Shown: in pieces, positions 9,719 to 18,806 of the stretch
Position numbering within the stretch: the first letter of the stretch is position 1
Layout: every line of letters starts with the position of its first letter
Assembly: GCA_944392795.1 (NCBI GenBank)
Contig: CALXXX010000037.1
Span: 601 to 64,600, forward strand
From: an uncultured Alphaproteobacteria bacterium
GTDB taxonomy: Bacteria > Pseudomonadota > Alphaproteobacteria > CAAHEQ01 > UBA3637
Length of the DNA stretch: 64,000 nucleotides
Direction of reading: 5' to 3'
Made by a program: the position numbers and the translations under genes
The notes under the pieces: generated by a model
What the model was told of the DNA's origin: nothing
Seen by the model: the letters and a program-made list of their open reading frames with translations, nothing else
Databases searched by the model: none

Positions 9719-12238
9719 ATGTTTAAGCATATTTCAATCACTCTTCTGCTTATTTTAGTATTAGCTTTAATCTATTTTTTCCCAGGAGCAGATTACATCC
9801 CTTATATTTGGATTGTTGCTTTACCACTCATTATTATCCTTCTAGGACTTGGGATTTATAAAACATACACCTTAAAAAAAGGAAAATATATTTTATTTTT
9901 AAGCTTGTTTATTTCTTCATTTCTTCTAGCCGCTCCTTCAATTGCACAAGCTCAAACATATCGAATTTCACAAGAACGTCTTCAAGAAGCTCAGTTAATC
10001 ATAGAAGAAGTAGAGCGCATTCCTCTTAATGACAGAACACGAGAACAACAAGAAAAATTAGAAAAAGCTCGAGAGGATTATACACAAGCAATGAAAGAGC
10101 GCTTAGGTCGTGGCTCAAAAGCGTGCCCGACACCTAAACAACTTTTGTTGGAATATCAAGAAGATTGTTGGACTTGTGATATTGTTTATTTGATCGTTGA
10201 AAGTATGGATAAAGTCATTACAACTTTCTATAAACAATTAGAAGAACAGCATCTTCCTTTAATATTATTAGCTATTGGCGGCTTATTTTGGCTTGTTTTT
10301 CGAACACTCCGCCTTTTCCTAACATGGGGAATGGGTGATATTGGTTCATATTTTACAGATGTTTTAAAACGCATTTTATTGTTGATTTTTTTATCTGCCA
10401 TTTTATGGACACCTTATAAAGATGTATTAAACATTTTTATTACGCCTATTTTTACTTTTTCTGCGGGTCTAACTCAATCCTTGAGCTCTATTGAAGCATC
10501 AATAGAAACACCACAAAGTACGCCTCAGGTTAATGTTGAAATCTATCGTTCTGTTTTAGGAACACAACCACCTCAGCCGACTTATTGTCAAAACTTAAAT
10601 GCAGAATCAGCCTCTCCAACTGATGAACGCGTATCTCGTGTCTTACAATATCAAGCCAGCATTCAAGACAGAGCTCTACCAACATCAGTGCGAGATTCTC
10701 TCCTCTGTATCGTTCAAAGTATTTATCAAATCACTGTTCCTCCAACTGTCGCCGGACAATATTTAATGTGTATGTCTCAAACCCAAGGAGCGATTTCTTT
10801 CCCAACACGCTTAACCCCCATTATCAAATTACCAGACTTTTCTGTTTGGTTTGCTTCTTGGTTCATTATAGCTGCTTTTTTCCTATTATCTGCCGTTTTC
10901 CCATTCTTCTTAGTCGATTCTTTTTTCAGAATAGGTATTGTTCTGTTATTAATGCCATTCTTTATCGTAACCGCGGCTTTTCCTTCTACACGTGCTTATA
11001 CTAAAAGAGCTTTTGATGTCCTCATTTCGTCTCTTATTAATTTCTTTATGATTTCTTTGATTTTAGTCTTACTGATACAAATGTTCTATACATTAATGGG
11101 ACCGACGGCAACGACATTAGCAGAACTTCTAGCAAAACAAGATTACTTAGGTCTAAGTAATACTTTCGGATGGGCTGGGGGCGGTCGTATGATTTTTGCA
11201 AGTATTGCTATGCTTTTAATCGGTTTTTACCTACTTTCTACTACAGCAAGAATGATTCAAATGATGACGGGTATTGGTTTATCTCAAGGTGGAGGTGTCG
11301 CAGCTTTATTTGCCCCAGTTGGATTGGCTGGAGCAGGTCTGAGTTTAACTAAAGAAATTTATGATGAACCTTGGGAACCATCTAAACATAAAGCCTATCT
11401 ATTAAGAATGGATGCTCAAAGGCGTGGCTATACAGATGCAAAAGGCGTTCGGCATGGCCTCAGCAAATATCATACATTAGAAGCGCGTTCTCGCGGGATG
11501 CGTCGTTTTATCCCTAAAGCTGCCGATAAAGCTGGAAATAAAGTAGAAAAAACCTCTAATACAAGCGCTTTATTAACTGAAAAAGGAATAAAACTGACAG
11601 GAAAAGAAATTAATCAAGGAACTAAGTTCATTTTCTTTAACAGCGGACATTTCTTAGGGCAATTTGGAATGAAAATGATAGGAACAACTGCTTCTGCCTG
11701 GTATCTTGCACCGTTTACTCTTGCTGCTGCAACTGTTGCTTTTACCGGAGCAGGCATCATGTATGCTCTGGGCGGAACCTTTATTATGATAAATAATGTT
11801 GCTAACTATGTCATTCGAAAAACTGCGAAAAAAACGATTCAAACAACCGGAAAAGTAACTTCTTATGCGATAAAAAAATCTGCACGAGCAATTGCATATA
11901 ATAAATATTTAACAAAAACAATGGCTTTAGTTCAAAAGCCTGTTCAATTTACAACTTCTTTAATTGCTATTCCTATCACCTCTATTTATACACGTACATT
12001 AGAACAAGATCCAACTCGTAGAGCTCAACAAACTGCTTCCGATATAAAACAACGGGCGAATCGAATTGCAAGGCCTGAAGATACACATACTTGGCGTGAT
12101 CTTTTCGATGAAATTCGTGAAAATGCACATCAAACGCGTTCAAATTTGGATGACAACATGCGAGCTAAAAACAAACATTCTAAAGATTTTGTCAAGAGTA
12201 ATTGGCGCTTTATTCGCCGAACTGGACGCTTCTTCTAA
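9719..12238 (+). CDS. VirB6/TrbL-like membrane protein (paralog 3), 839 aa with long C-terminal extension
   Basis: Start overlaps the upstream stop (TAAAAATG context). Conserved CWTCDIVY and FFLVDSFFRIGIVLLLMPFFIVTAAFPSTRAYTKRAFDVLIS blocks. Extra C-terminal TM helices and a basic tail, as seen in extended VirB6 paralogs of Rickettsiales-type systems. Confidence 0.55.
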   Translation: MFKHISITLLLILVLALIYFFPGADYIPYIWIVALPLIIILLGLGIYKTYTLKKGKYILFLSLFISSFLLAAPSIAQAQTYRISQERLQEAQLIIEEVERIPLNDRTREQQEKLEKAREDYTQAMKERLGRGSKACPTPKQLLLEYQEDCWTCDIVYLIVESMDKVITTFYKQLEEQHLPLILLAIGGLFWLVFRTLRLFLTWGMGDIGSYFTDVLKRILLLIFLSAILWTPYKDVLNIFITPIFTFSAGLTQSLSSIEASIETPQSTPQVNVEIYRSVLGTQPPQPTYCQNLNAESASPTDERVSRVLQYQASIQDRALPTSVRDSLLCIVQSIYQITVPPTVAGQYLMCMSQTQGAISFPTRLTPIIKLPDFSVWFASWFIIAAFFLLSAVFPFFLVDSFFRIGIVLLLMPFFIVTAAFPSTRAYTKRAFDVLISSLINFFMISLILVLLIQMFYTLMGPTATTLAELLAKQDYLGLSNTFGWAGGGRMIFASIAMLLIGFYLLSTTARMIQMMTGIGLSQGGGVAALFAPVGLAGAGLSLTKEIYDEPWEPSKHKAYLLRMDAQRRGYTDAKGVRHGLSKYHTLEARSRGMRRFIPKAADKAGNKVEKTSNTSALLTEKGIKLTGKEINQGTKFIFFNSGHFLGQFGMKMIGTTASAWYLAPFTLAAATVAFTGAGIMYALGGTFIMINNVANYVIRKTAKKTIQTTGKVTSYAIKKSARAIAYNKYLTKTMALVQKPVQFTTSLIAIPITSIYTRTLEQDPTRRAQQTASDIKQRANRIARPEDTHTWRDLFDEIRENAHQTRSNLDDNMRAKNKHSKDFVKSNWRFIRRTGRFF

Positions 12239-12350
12239 AAAGATTAGTCCTTTATTTTCGGGGAAAATACATTTTTTTTATTTTTTGTCTATTTTCTTAC
12301 AACAAAATCTGTTATAACTAAGAAAAAGAATAAAAAGGAGTAAAAACTAA

Positions 12351-13292
12351 ATGGAAGAAATTATATTCCCAAATCAAATTCGGATGATACGACGGACACG
12401 TGGCAAAACAATGAAAGAAATTGCCGGTATCTTAGGGGTCAGTTTATCCGCTATTAGTAAAATAGAAAAAGGTTATCGCCGTATTGATGAAGAGCAATTA
12501 GATAAAATTTCATCTTTTTTGGACTGTCCTAAGGAAAGTATTTTTGTTTATGAAAAAACTTCACAACCTGAAGTTTTGCAAGCTTGGCAAAAAGAACAAG
12601 ACCGCCGGAAACAAATTAACGAAAAAAGTGGTTTAAAAACATTGGGCGCTGGACTGAGATATATTCGCGGAGAAAAGATGCTCACATTGCAAGATGTAGC
12701 CAAAGGAGCCGGCTTAACGCTTTCGGTTTATCATCGCATTGAAATGGGACAGCGAGAGGTAACAGAAGAACAATTTAAAAAAATTGCACATGCTCTTGGT
12801 TTTACAACAGAAACATTACAGCTTCAAATCTATGAATTAGATATGGCCGGAACTTTGCAAGAGTTCAAAAAAACAGGAAAACCAGGTATTTTTCATCCTA
12901 AAGGTGGGTATAATGATCTTCCTCTCAAGTCTTTAAGTATTAATAAAAAAATACTGGTTCATCAGGCGACTGTAAATAATGATACGTTTGTTCTCAATGA
13001 TCAAACATTTGAAATGGATGCTTCTCTTCCTTTTGCTCAAGAATTAACCGGAATAAAAGTGAATACTTCTTTATCTTTCGGTAGTTTTTCTGCCACATAT
13101 GTTTTGGCTACTCATGCCCCATTAAAAGAAGGAGAACCTGTCTTATTTCAACAAAAAGAGAATATTTTCTTACCCGGAACTTTTTCTCAACAAAACAATA
13201 AAACTGTATTTAAGGCCTCAGATGGAACAGAGCAGATCTTAACAGAAAATGATTTAAAAAAGCTTTCTAAAATAGTTGCTCTTTATTTTTAA
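12351..13292 (+). CDS. Tandem helix-turn-helix (XRE-family) transcriptional regulator with C-terminal domain
   Basis: Two HTH_3-like segments: TMKEIAGILGVSLSAISKIEKGYRRID and LTLQDVAKGAGLTLSVYHRIEMGQREVT. AAAAGGAG RBS 8 nt upstream of the ATG. Confidence 0.7.
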   Translation: MEEIIFPNQIRMIRRTRGKTMKEIAGILGVSLSAISKIEKGYRRIDEEQLDKISSFLDCPKESIFVYEKTSQPEVLQAWQKEQDRRKQINEKSGLKTLGAGLRYIRGEKMLTLQDVAKGAGLTLSVYHRIEMGQREVTEEQFKKIAHALGFTTETLQLQIYELDMAGTLQEFKKTGKPGIFHPKGGYNDLPLKSLSINKKILVHQATVNNDTFVLNDQTFEMDASLPFAQELTGIKVNTSLSFGSFSATYVLATHAPLKEGEPVLFQQKENIFLPGTFSQQNNKTVFKASDGTEQILTENDLKKLSKIVALYF

Positions 13293-13304
13293 CCAGAATA
13301 AAGG

Positions 13305-14162
13305 ATGAAAAAAATGGCGCTTGATGTCCTTTCTTGGAAAAAAGAATTTTTAAAACGAAAAAAGTCCTCAAATGAGGAGGCTGAATCAACAGCTCAACGG
13401 CTTATTAATATTTATCGTCAGTTATACACATTAGGACCAGAAGCCAATCAACGATATAATGCCATGCTGTTAAAAGATGCAACATTAGAGGTCCAAATTG
13501 CCCTTAAAAATATACCAGGTGGAGAAGAAATCCGCGATTATTTGAATTTCCTAAAGCATCAAGAATTGTCCGAAGAAGAAGAAAGTCAAGCGCTCCATGA
13601 AGGAAATGAGGCTTTACAAATAAAAAATGATCTACCAGCTCCAGAAGAAATGTCTCCATTATGGGAAACTTATGGAATGCCGACTAGAGGGGGAATATCA
13701 GAACCTGCTTCTATAACCTATACGAAATCTGATGCCGAAAAAATAACAGAACAAATTATCTCTTTGGAAGCTGTTGTGCATGAAACTCAGAAACAAAATA
13801 TTTTATCTATGATAGAAACCCAAAATGAACGCATTTTAGAAATATTAAGATATATGGTCATTGACTCTGATGTAGATAAAATGCATGAAAATTTGAAAAA
13901 CAGTATTGAAAAGGTAAAAGAAGTTCAAAAAGAAAATACTGAAAAAATTACAGATGCCTTAAAAAAAGAACCTTTACTAACTGAAATCAAAGAAAAATTA
14001 ACGGCGCTTTTCGATAAACAAGAAGCTGAAGCTATTGCAGAAAACGAAGCAAAAGAAGCTGCACGTAGAAAAGAAAACAAGCCAGTCGATAAATTTCGAA
14101 AGATGAAACAACCTACAAAATTTTCTGTTCATTTAATTGAAGATGAAAAGGCTGATTTTTAA
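13305..14162 (+). CDS. Hypothetical acidic coiled-coil protein, 285 aa
   Basis: Clean ORF 12 nt after the regulator. Glu/Lys-rich helical sequence. No signal peptide. Confidence 0.5.
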   Translation: MKKMALDVLSWKKEFLKRKKSSNEEAESTAQRLINIYRQLYTLGPEANQRYNAMLLKDATLEVQIALKNIPGGEEIRDYLNFLKHQELSEEEESQALHEGNEALQIKNDLPAPEEMSPLWETYGMPTRGGISEPASITYTKSDAEKITEQIISLEAVVHETQKQNILSMIETQNERILEILRYMVIDSDVDKMHENLKNSIEKVKEVQKENTEKITDALKKEPLLTEIKEKLTALFDKQEAEAIAENEAKEAARRKENKPVDKFRKMKQPTKFSVHLIEDEKADF

Positions 14163-14221
14163 AGAAACATTAACTATCTTTCTTTATACTTGCTAAAAGG
14201 AAAATAGATAAGGATAAAATA

Positions 14222-15712
14222 ATGAATATTGATCCAACGTTGCAGCCACTTATAGAAGCTCTGATTGCTTATCAAGAAAATCAAGAAACTTTAATGCCTT
14301 TAGTTGAAAAAGCTCAAGATATTTTAGGCCCTGACTGGACAAGCTTTATTCAAACATCGTTAGATACGATGACAGGCATCGATCAGCCGACAAAAGAGAT
14401 GCTGAAGAAAAAAGCAGATCACGCTATTCATTATTATGGCGCATTAGCTGCTTGGGAAGAAGCTTATCAATATATCAATGCGCCTCAATCTGTCAATAAT
14501 ATGCAGCTGATTGAACGTATTCCAACTTTAGAATACTGGCTTTCCTTGTTCGGAGACGAAGGAACAAAAGTTATTAACCAATTAAAGGATTTACTGAATG
14601 ATGTCGATCAAAATGAAGCGACAGAACCTGTAGAAGCTATCTCTGAAATTGTAAATGAAGAACAGAAAGATAATCAATCTTTCGTTCATATCATGGAACA
14701 AACTGATGAAAAAAAGGATGAAGAAAATTCCCTTCCAGCCAGTGAACATACTTCAGAGCCTCAAGAAATAATCGAACCAGAAACTGTTACGCCACTTGTA
14801 GATGAGCTTTCTTCAACGCAAGAAAATACTTCAGAAGACCAAAAAGATCAAAGATTAGAAGATAATGTCTCTGTAGATACTCAGCAACTACAGAATGAAA
14901 TTGCATTTGAGAAAAATGAAAAAGAAACACCAGATATAGAAAATGGGCTCTCTGAGGAAATTCACTTAAATGAAATGCCAGCCCTTCCAGATGTCCCTCT
15001 AGATCAAGTTATTGAAGAAAACACGGACAAACAAGAAGCATTTTCACAACAATCCATAGACGAAAATATCTCTTCAGAGGAAACAACTACAGAATCAGAA
15101 GTAATTGAAATGATGTCTCCAAAAGAAATTCCGGAGACGCCAGAAATTTTAGAAAATGATCCTAATTTACAAATTCCTAAAACGAAAAATTGGGAAATAT
15201 CTAATTTTATGAAGCTTAAAAATTTATATGAAGATGCAACTAACTGGATTAGCGCTCATTGCGTTCGATTAAATAATATGGATAAAACAGAATATCCTTA
15301 TTATGGTTTCATCGTCGATCTCATGAAAGAGTTAAAAGACAATATACAAAACTTATTAGAAAATCAACTGTTAGAAGAAGTGATTGATACTGAAGTCCCA
15401 GGCGGACGCGAAGGTATGCAAAGCCTTCTAGACGCTTTAGAAAAAGAATTAGAGGATTTGCCAGAAAATTTAAAACCAATTGAAGAAAATACAAATATCG
15501 ATCCTCATAAAATCTTAGGAGAACTGGATACCAGTTCTGAAAAAGAATATATCGGTCCGGCACCCGATGGCTTCGAATTAATTGAAGATCCTTATGAAGT
15601 CTCGCCGGAAAAAATTATCGAAGATTATAAAAAAACAGAAGAAGAAACAAAAGTCGATTTTGATTCACTAAATGTAACCTCTTCTTCAGGTCAAGAACAG
15701 AAAAAGGAATAG
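14222..15712 (+). CDS. Hypothetical highly acidic (Glu/Asp-rich) protein, 496 aa; candidate T4SS substrate or chaperone-bound effector
   Basis: Long ORF with an extremely acidic low-complexity middle region and no TM or signal peptide. Its stop overlaps the next gene's start. Confidence 0.5.
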   Translation: MNIDPTLQPLIEALIAYQENQETLMPLVEKAQDILGPDWTSFIQTSLDTMTGIDQPTKEMLKKKADHAIHYYGALAAWEEAYQYINAPQSVNNMQLIERIPTLEYWLSLFGDEGTKVINQLKDLLNDVDQNEATEPVEAISEIVNEEQKDNQSFVHIMEQTDEKKDEENSLPASEHTSEPQEIIEPETVTPLVDELSSTQENTSEDQKDQRLEDNVSVDTQQLQNEIAFEKNEKETPDIENGLSEEIHLNEMPALPDVPLDQVIEENTDKQEAFSQQSIDENISSEETTTESEVIEMMSPKEIPETPEILENDPNLQIPKTKNWEISNFMKLKNLYEDATNWISAHCVRLNNMDKTEYPYYGFIVDLMKELKDNIQNLLENQLLEEVIDTEVPGGREGMQSLLDALEKELEDLPENLKPIEENTNIDPHKILGELDTSSEKEYIGPAPDGFELIEDPYEVSPEKIIEDYKKTEEETKVDFDSLNVTSSSGQEQKKE

Positions 15713-17173
15713 GTGACGCTGATGACAAACACAACTACTCACATCAAAAAAACAAGCCTTTTATTCGTTGGAGCTCTTGCGTTAATAACTGTAGCTACCC
15801 CTTGTCTAGCCCAAATTAACCAAACAGCTTTTCCTTGCAATGCAGAAGCTTGTTCTAATCCGAACATGATGAATATTTCTACAGAAATGCAAACTTCTGA
15901 ACCATGTTCTGTTACACAGCAAAATTTAGGTCCTATCATTATGCCTGTTATCATTCAACCAGCTCAAGTTGTTAAAGCATACCCCACTCCACAATCTGGC
16001 TCGCCTATTGACCGTTTCAATGAACAGCAACAGATGAACAGGCAATTACAAAAAGGAAATGATATATCTGTCATGGACTTATCTTCAGCAACGACATTAA
16101 ACATTGAAACACCTATTCGATGTGATATTCCTTTCCCAACAAAGCAAATTATTTCCAATATTCCTATGAATTCAGATGACTTCAAAATGACTCGTCTTGA
16201 TAAGAATGATCCTCTTCCAAGATATGAAGTAAACGGATATACTTTTACCAATCAACCTTTGGATTTAGCAATTCAAAATCTGGTGACAGAAGCAGGTATT
16301 CACGTCTTTTCAGATGATGGGTTATATCCTGAAATTTCAGCTGAAGATCTTAGAGGAGAATTATCTGATGTCATAGAAGAACTTGCTAATGCAGGAGATG
16401 CCTATTTCAGATATGATGCTATGAAAAAGAAGCTTTATTTATCTAGATGGGCTCGCTTTGAGTTATCTGTTCCAGGTGGACGTGTCGGTTTATTTGCTGT
16501 TCTAGATGCTCTACGTGGCGCCGGCATTACAAATGTTCAACCAGATTTTGGAACAAATACTCTTTACTTCCGAGCTAACACAGAAGTTCAATCAACCGTT
16601 GAACGGCTAATTGAATACTTAAAAGAAGATCCCAGACTTTTAATGATGGATGTTAAAGTTTATCGATTGACTGAACGCCCAAATGCCTCCGAATTAAATT
16701 GGCAAACGATTATCCAAAACTTTGGCGTAAAGCGTGTCAATATGTCGGTTGGAGGTATTATGGGACGTATGATCGTCACTGGCCATCAAAAACAAAATTA
16801 TTCGTTAATTGATAGTCTACAAAAACAAGTGAATGTTAATTTAGTCTCTGAAGGTGTGGCTATTATGCCAAATGCATGGAAAGTTCGATTTGATATTGGT
16901 CAATGTGCACCAGTCCAAACGCCTGAAAGAGATCTATCCTTATTGCTGCAAAGCAATATTCAATCACCAGATCGTATTGAAACGAATATTTCATTAGATA
17001 CAATCAATGGTGAGATTACTTCTTTCTACTCTTTTTATAATATCGATGATAACCTAAGTATTATTGGAATTCCAGGTAGCATCTTTAATAAAAATTGGAA
17101 AGGTGTTGAATATTTAATTACGATGCAGCCCCGTATTTTGCGCCTTGTAAAAGAAGGAGAACAGAATGACTGA
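15713..17173 (+). CDS. Secretin-like outer-membrane protein (divergent; CpaC/RcpA-size)
   Basis: Signal peptide (ALALITVATPCLAQI). An N-domain-like segment (MMDVKVYRLTERPNASELNWQTIIQNF). The C-terminal IIGIPGSIFNKNWKGVEYLITMQPRIL resembles the secretin-domain end (…IPxLGxLF…ELLIFITPRIV). The start may be GTG at 15713 or ATG at 15722. Confidence 0.4.
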   Translation: MTLMTNTTTHIKKTSLLFVGALALITVATPCLAQINQTAFPCNAEACSNPNMMNISTEMQTSEPCSVTQQNLGPIIMPVIIQPAQVVKAYPTPQSGSPIDRFNEQQQMNRQLQKGNDISVMDLSSATTLNIETPIRCDIPFPTKQIISNIPMNSDDFKMTRLDKNDPLPRYEVNGYTFTNQPLDLAIQNLVTEAGIHVFSDDGLYPEISAEDLRGELSDVIEELANAGDAYFRYDAMKKKLYLSRWARFELSVPGGRVGLFAVLDALRGAGITNVQPDFGTNTLYFRANTEVQSTVERLIEYLKEDPRLLMMDVKVYRLTERPNASELNWQTIIQNFGVKRVNMSVGGIMGRMIVTGHQKQNYSLIDSLQKQVNVNLVSEGVAIMPNAWKVRFDIGQCAPVQTPERDLSLLLQSNIQSPDRIETNISLDTINGEITSFYSFYNIDDNLSIIGIPGSIFNKNWKGVEYLITMQPRILRLVKEGEQND

Positions 17174-17762
17174 AGCCCCTAAACCGGTATTTAAAGCACC
17201 GAATATTCCGTCTCAGAAAAAAAACGAAGTAACACCTCCCTCTGGAGTGTCTGCTCCAGTAGCGTCAACAGGGTTAAAAGCAGCAGCTCCTGCAATTCCT
17301 GCTTATGAGAAAAAAGCCTCTCAACAAAATACAAAAAATACTCAAGGTGTATATGATGATAATTTCGCGGCTCAATTAGGATTACCTCCAACAATTTTAC
17401 AAACAAAAGTAATGGCTGGTATTTTAGGAGCCGTTTTATTCTTCGGTATAGTCTTGGGCTGTACGATGTCTGGTAACGGAGGACAAACTCATACACAGGG
17501 CTTAACTGGGGTCGTCCTTAATCCAGAAGTTCCTGCAAACAGACAACGGTGTGGAATCGCAGAAAGAACTCAAGGCTGTGTTCTTTATCTTCAAAATCCA
17601 TCTCGTCGTGATCGTGAAGCCCGTGACTTTTACCAAGAAGCTTCTCGTATGACTGGTGTCGCCAGCTATACTATTGAACTCGGAAATATTGAATATGCAA
17701 CAAGTATTATTCGACCCGGTTGGATAGCACAAATTAATATTCCTCCGACAGGAGCTCGTTAA
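17166..17762 (+). CDS. Hypothetical membrane/lipoprotein, 198 aa, translationally coupled to the secretin-like gene
   Basis: Overlaps the upstream gene by 8 nt. The Pro/Ala-rich N-region is followed by a hydrophobic helix ending in a VLGC lipobox-like motif. An alternative start at 17412 would give a 118-aa lipoprotein. Confidence 0.4.
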   Translation: MTEAPKPVFKAPNIPSQKKNEVTPPSGVSAPVASTGLKAAAPAIPAYEKKASQQNTKNTQGVYDDNFAAQLGLPPTILQTKVMAGILGAVLFFGIVLGCTMSGNGGQTHTQGLTGVVLNPEVPANRQRCGIAERTQGCVLYLQNPSRRDREARDFYQEASRMTGVASYTIELGNIEYATSIIRPGWIAQINIPPTGAR

Positions 17763-17767
17763 AAAAA

Positions 17768-17796
17768 AGCACATCTTAAAGATGTGCTTTTTTATC
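17768..17796. terminator. Bidirectional rho-independent terminator between convergent genes
   Basis: A-run, then GCACATCTT AAA GATGTGC (perfect 9-bp stem), then T-run. It lies between the + strand gene ending at 17762 and virB11 ending at 17805. Confidence 0.6.
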
Positions 17797-17804
17797 CTTA
17801 AAAT

Positions 17805-18794
17805 CTATGTAATCGCTGTCACAGCACGAATATTGCCGTTACGATTAATCTGAACGACCCGCAGCTTATCCCTCATTTCTCGCAGCGTTTTATCTCTATC
17901 TATTGTTGGTGTTGTTCTCATAATACGAGCAACAAATGCTTTATACGCCTCTTCAGGATTCTCCGCATGAATCGTAGCAAAACAGTTTTCATGACCAGAG
18001 CCCATTAATTCCCAAATAGCACTGGCATTTGATGTTGAAATCTCTCCTCCGATAATCGCATCAGGAGTAAAACGAACGACTAAGTCAATAACACGTGGAT
18101 AAGTAAATCCATTCGTTTGATCTGTACGAGGTAAAACAATATGCACACGATTCTTATGTGGAACAATAAGTTCCCGCGTATCCTCAATCGTTAAAATACG
18201 TTTATGCTCATCCACTAATTTAATCATATTATTCAAAAATGTCGTTTTACCTGTTGCAGTTCCACCGCTGATAAGAATATGCTCTCCTTTACGTATTGAA
18301 AGCAACAAGCGATCATAAGGATCATCAGGATCTTCTACATTTGCTAACTTACTTAATGGACGTAGACGTTCCCCTTGCTCCAAATTAAAGTCTTTAAACT
18401 CTATTCCTACATCTTCTTTATAAACACGAATAGCAAGAGCAACACCACCCGTTAAATCATCATTATCATACATGACGTTACGACCACTAATACCCGTAAA
18501 ACGATGACCTCCGGGAAGTGTAGCATAAACAACCGGAGTTCCTTCTGTCGGTTCAAAAGAATAATCATAACTGTTTGCTATAATATAAAGAATATTATTT
18601 AAATATTCTCGTGTTAGCTTAGGATCAATCTGTTCAACCCACGGATATGCTCTTTTACCTCGCAAACGAAGCCAAATAGAACCTGGATGATCTACTGCAA
18701 CCTCTTCTACATTATCTTGTGTATACCAATAGGATAAAGGTCGTAATGCCGACTCCAAAACTTTATAGGTTTCGGAAATGGATAACTCTGGCAT
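17805..18794 (-). CDS. virB11: VirB11-family type IV secretion ATPase
   Basis: 329 aa. Walker A ISGGTATGKTTFLN and the conserved VirB11/CagAlpha-like fold signature (…RVIDLVVRFTPDAIIGGEI…). It is the last gene of the virB8-virB11 operon. Confidence 0.85.
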   Translation of the reverse strand: MPELSISETYKVLESALRPLSYWYTQDNVEEVAVDHPGSIWLRLRGKRAYPWVEQIDPKLTREYLNNILYIIANSYDYSFEPTEGTPVVYATLPGGHRFTGISGRNVMYDNDDLTGGVALAIRVYKEDVGIEFKDFNLEQGERLRPLSKLANVEDPDDPYDRLLLSIRKGEHILISGGTATGKTTFLNNMIKLVDEHKRILTIEDTRELIVPHKNRVHIVLPRTDQTNGFTYPRVIDLVVRFTPDAIIGGEISTSNASAIWELMGSGHENCFATIHAENPEEAYKAFVARIMRTTPTIDRDKTLREMRDKLRVVQINRNGNIRAVTAIT

Positions 18795-18806
18795 TTGCGG
18801 CTCCTT

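Noticed and set aside
15713-17762. Annotating the secretin-like gene and its partner as a Tad/Flp pilus locus
   Set aside because: No cpaF/tadA ATPase, cpaB, cpaE, prepilin peptidase or flp pilin gene is present in the window. Only the secretin-like and a possible pilotin-like gene are present, so they are reported as an orphan pair.
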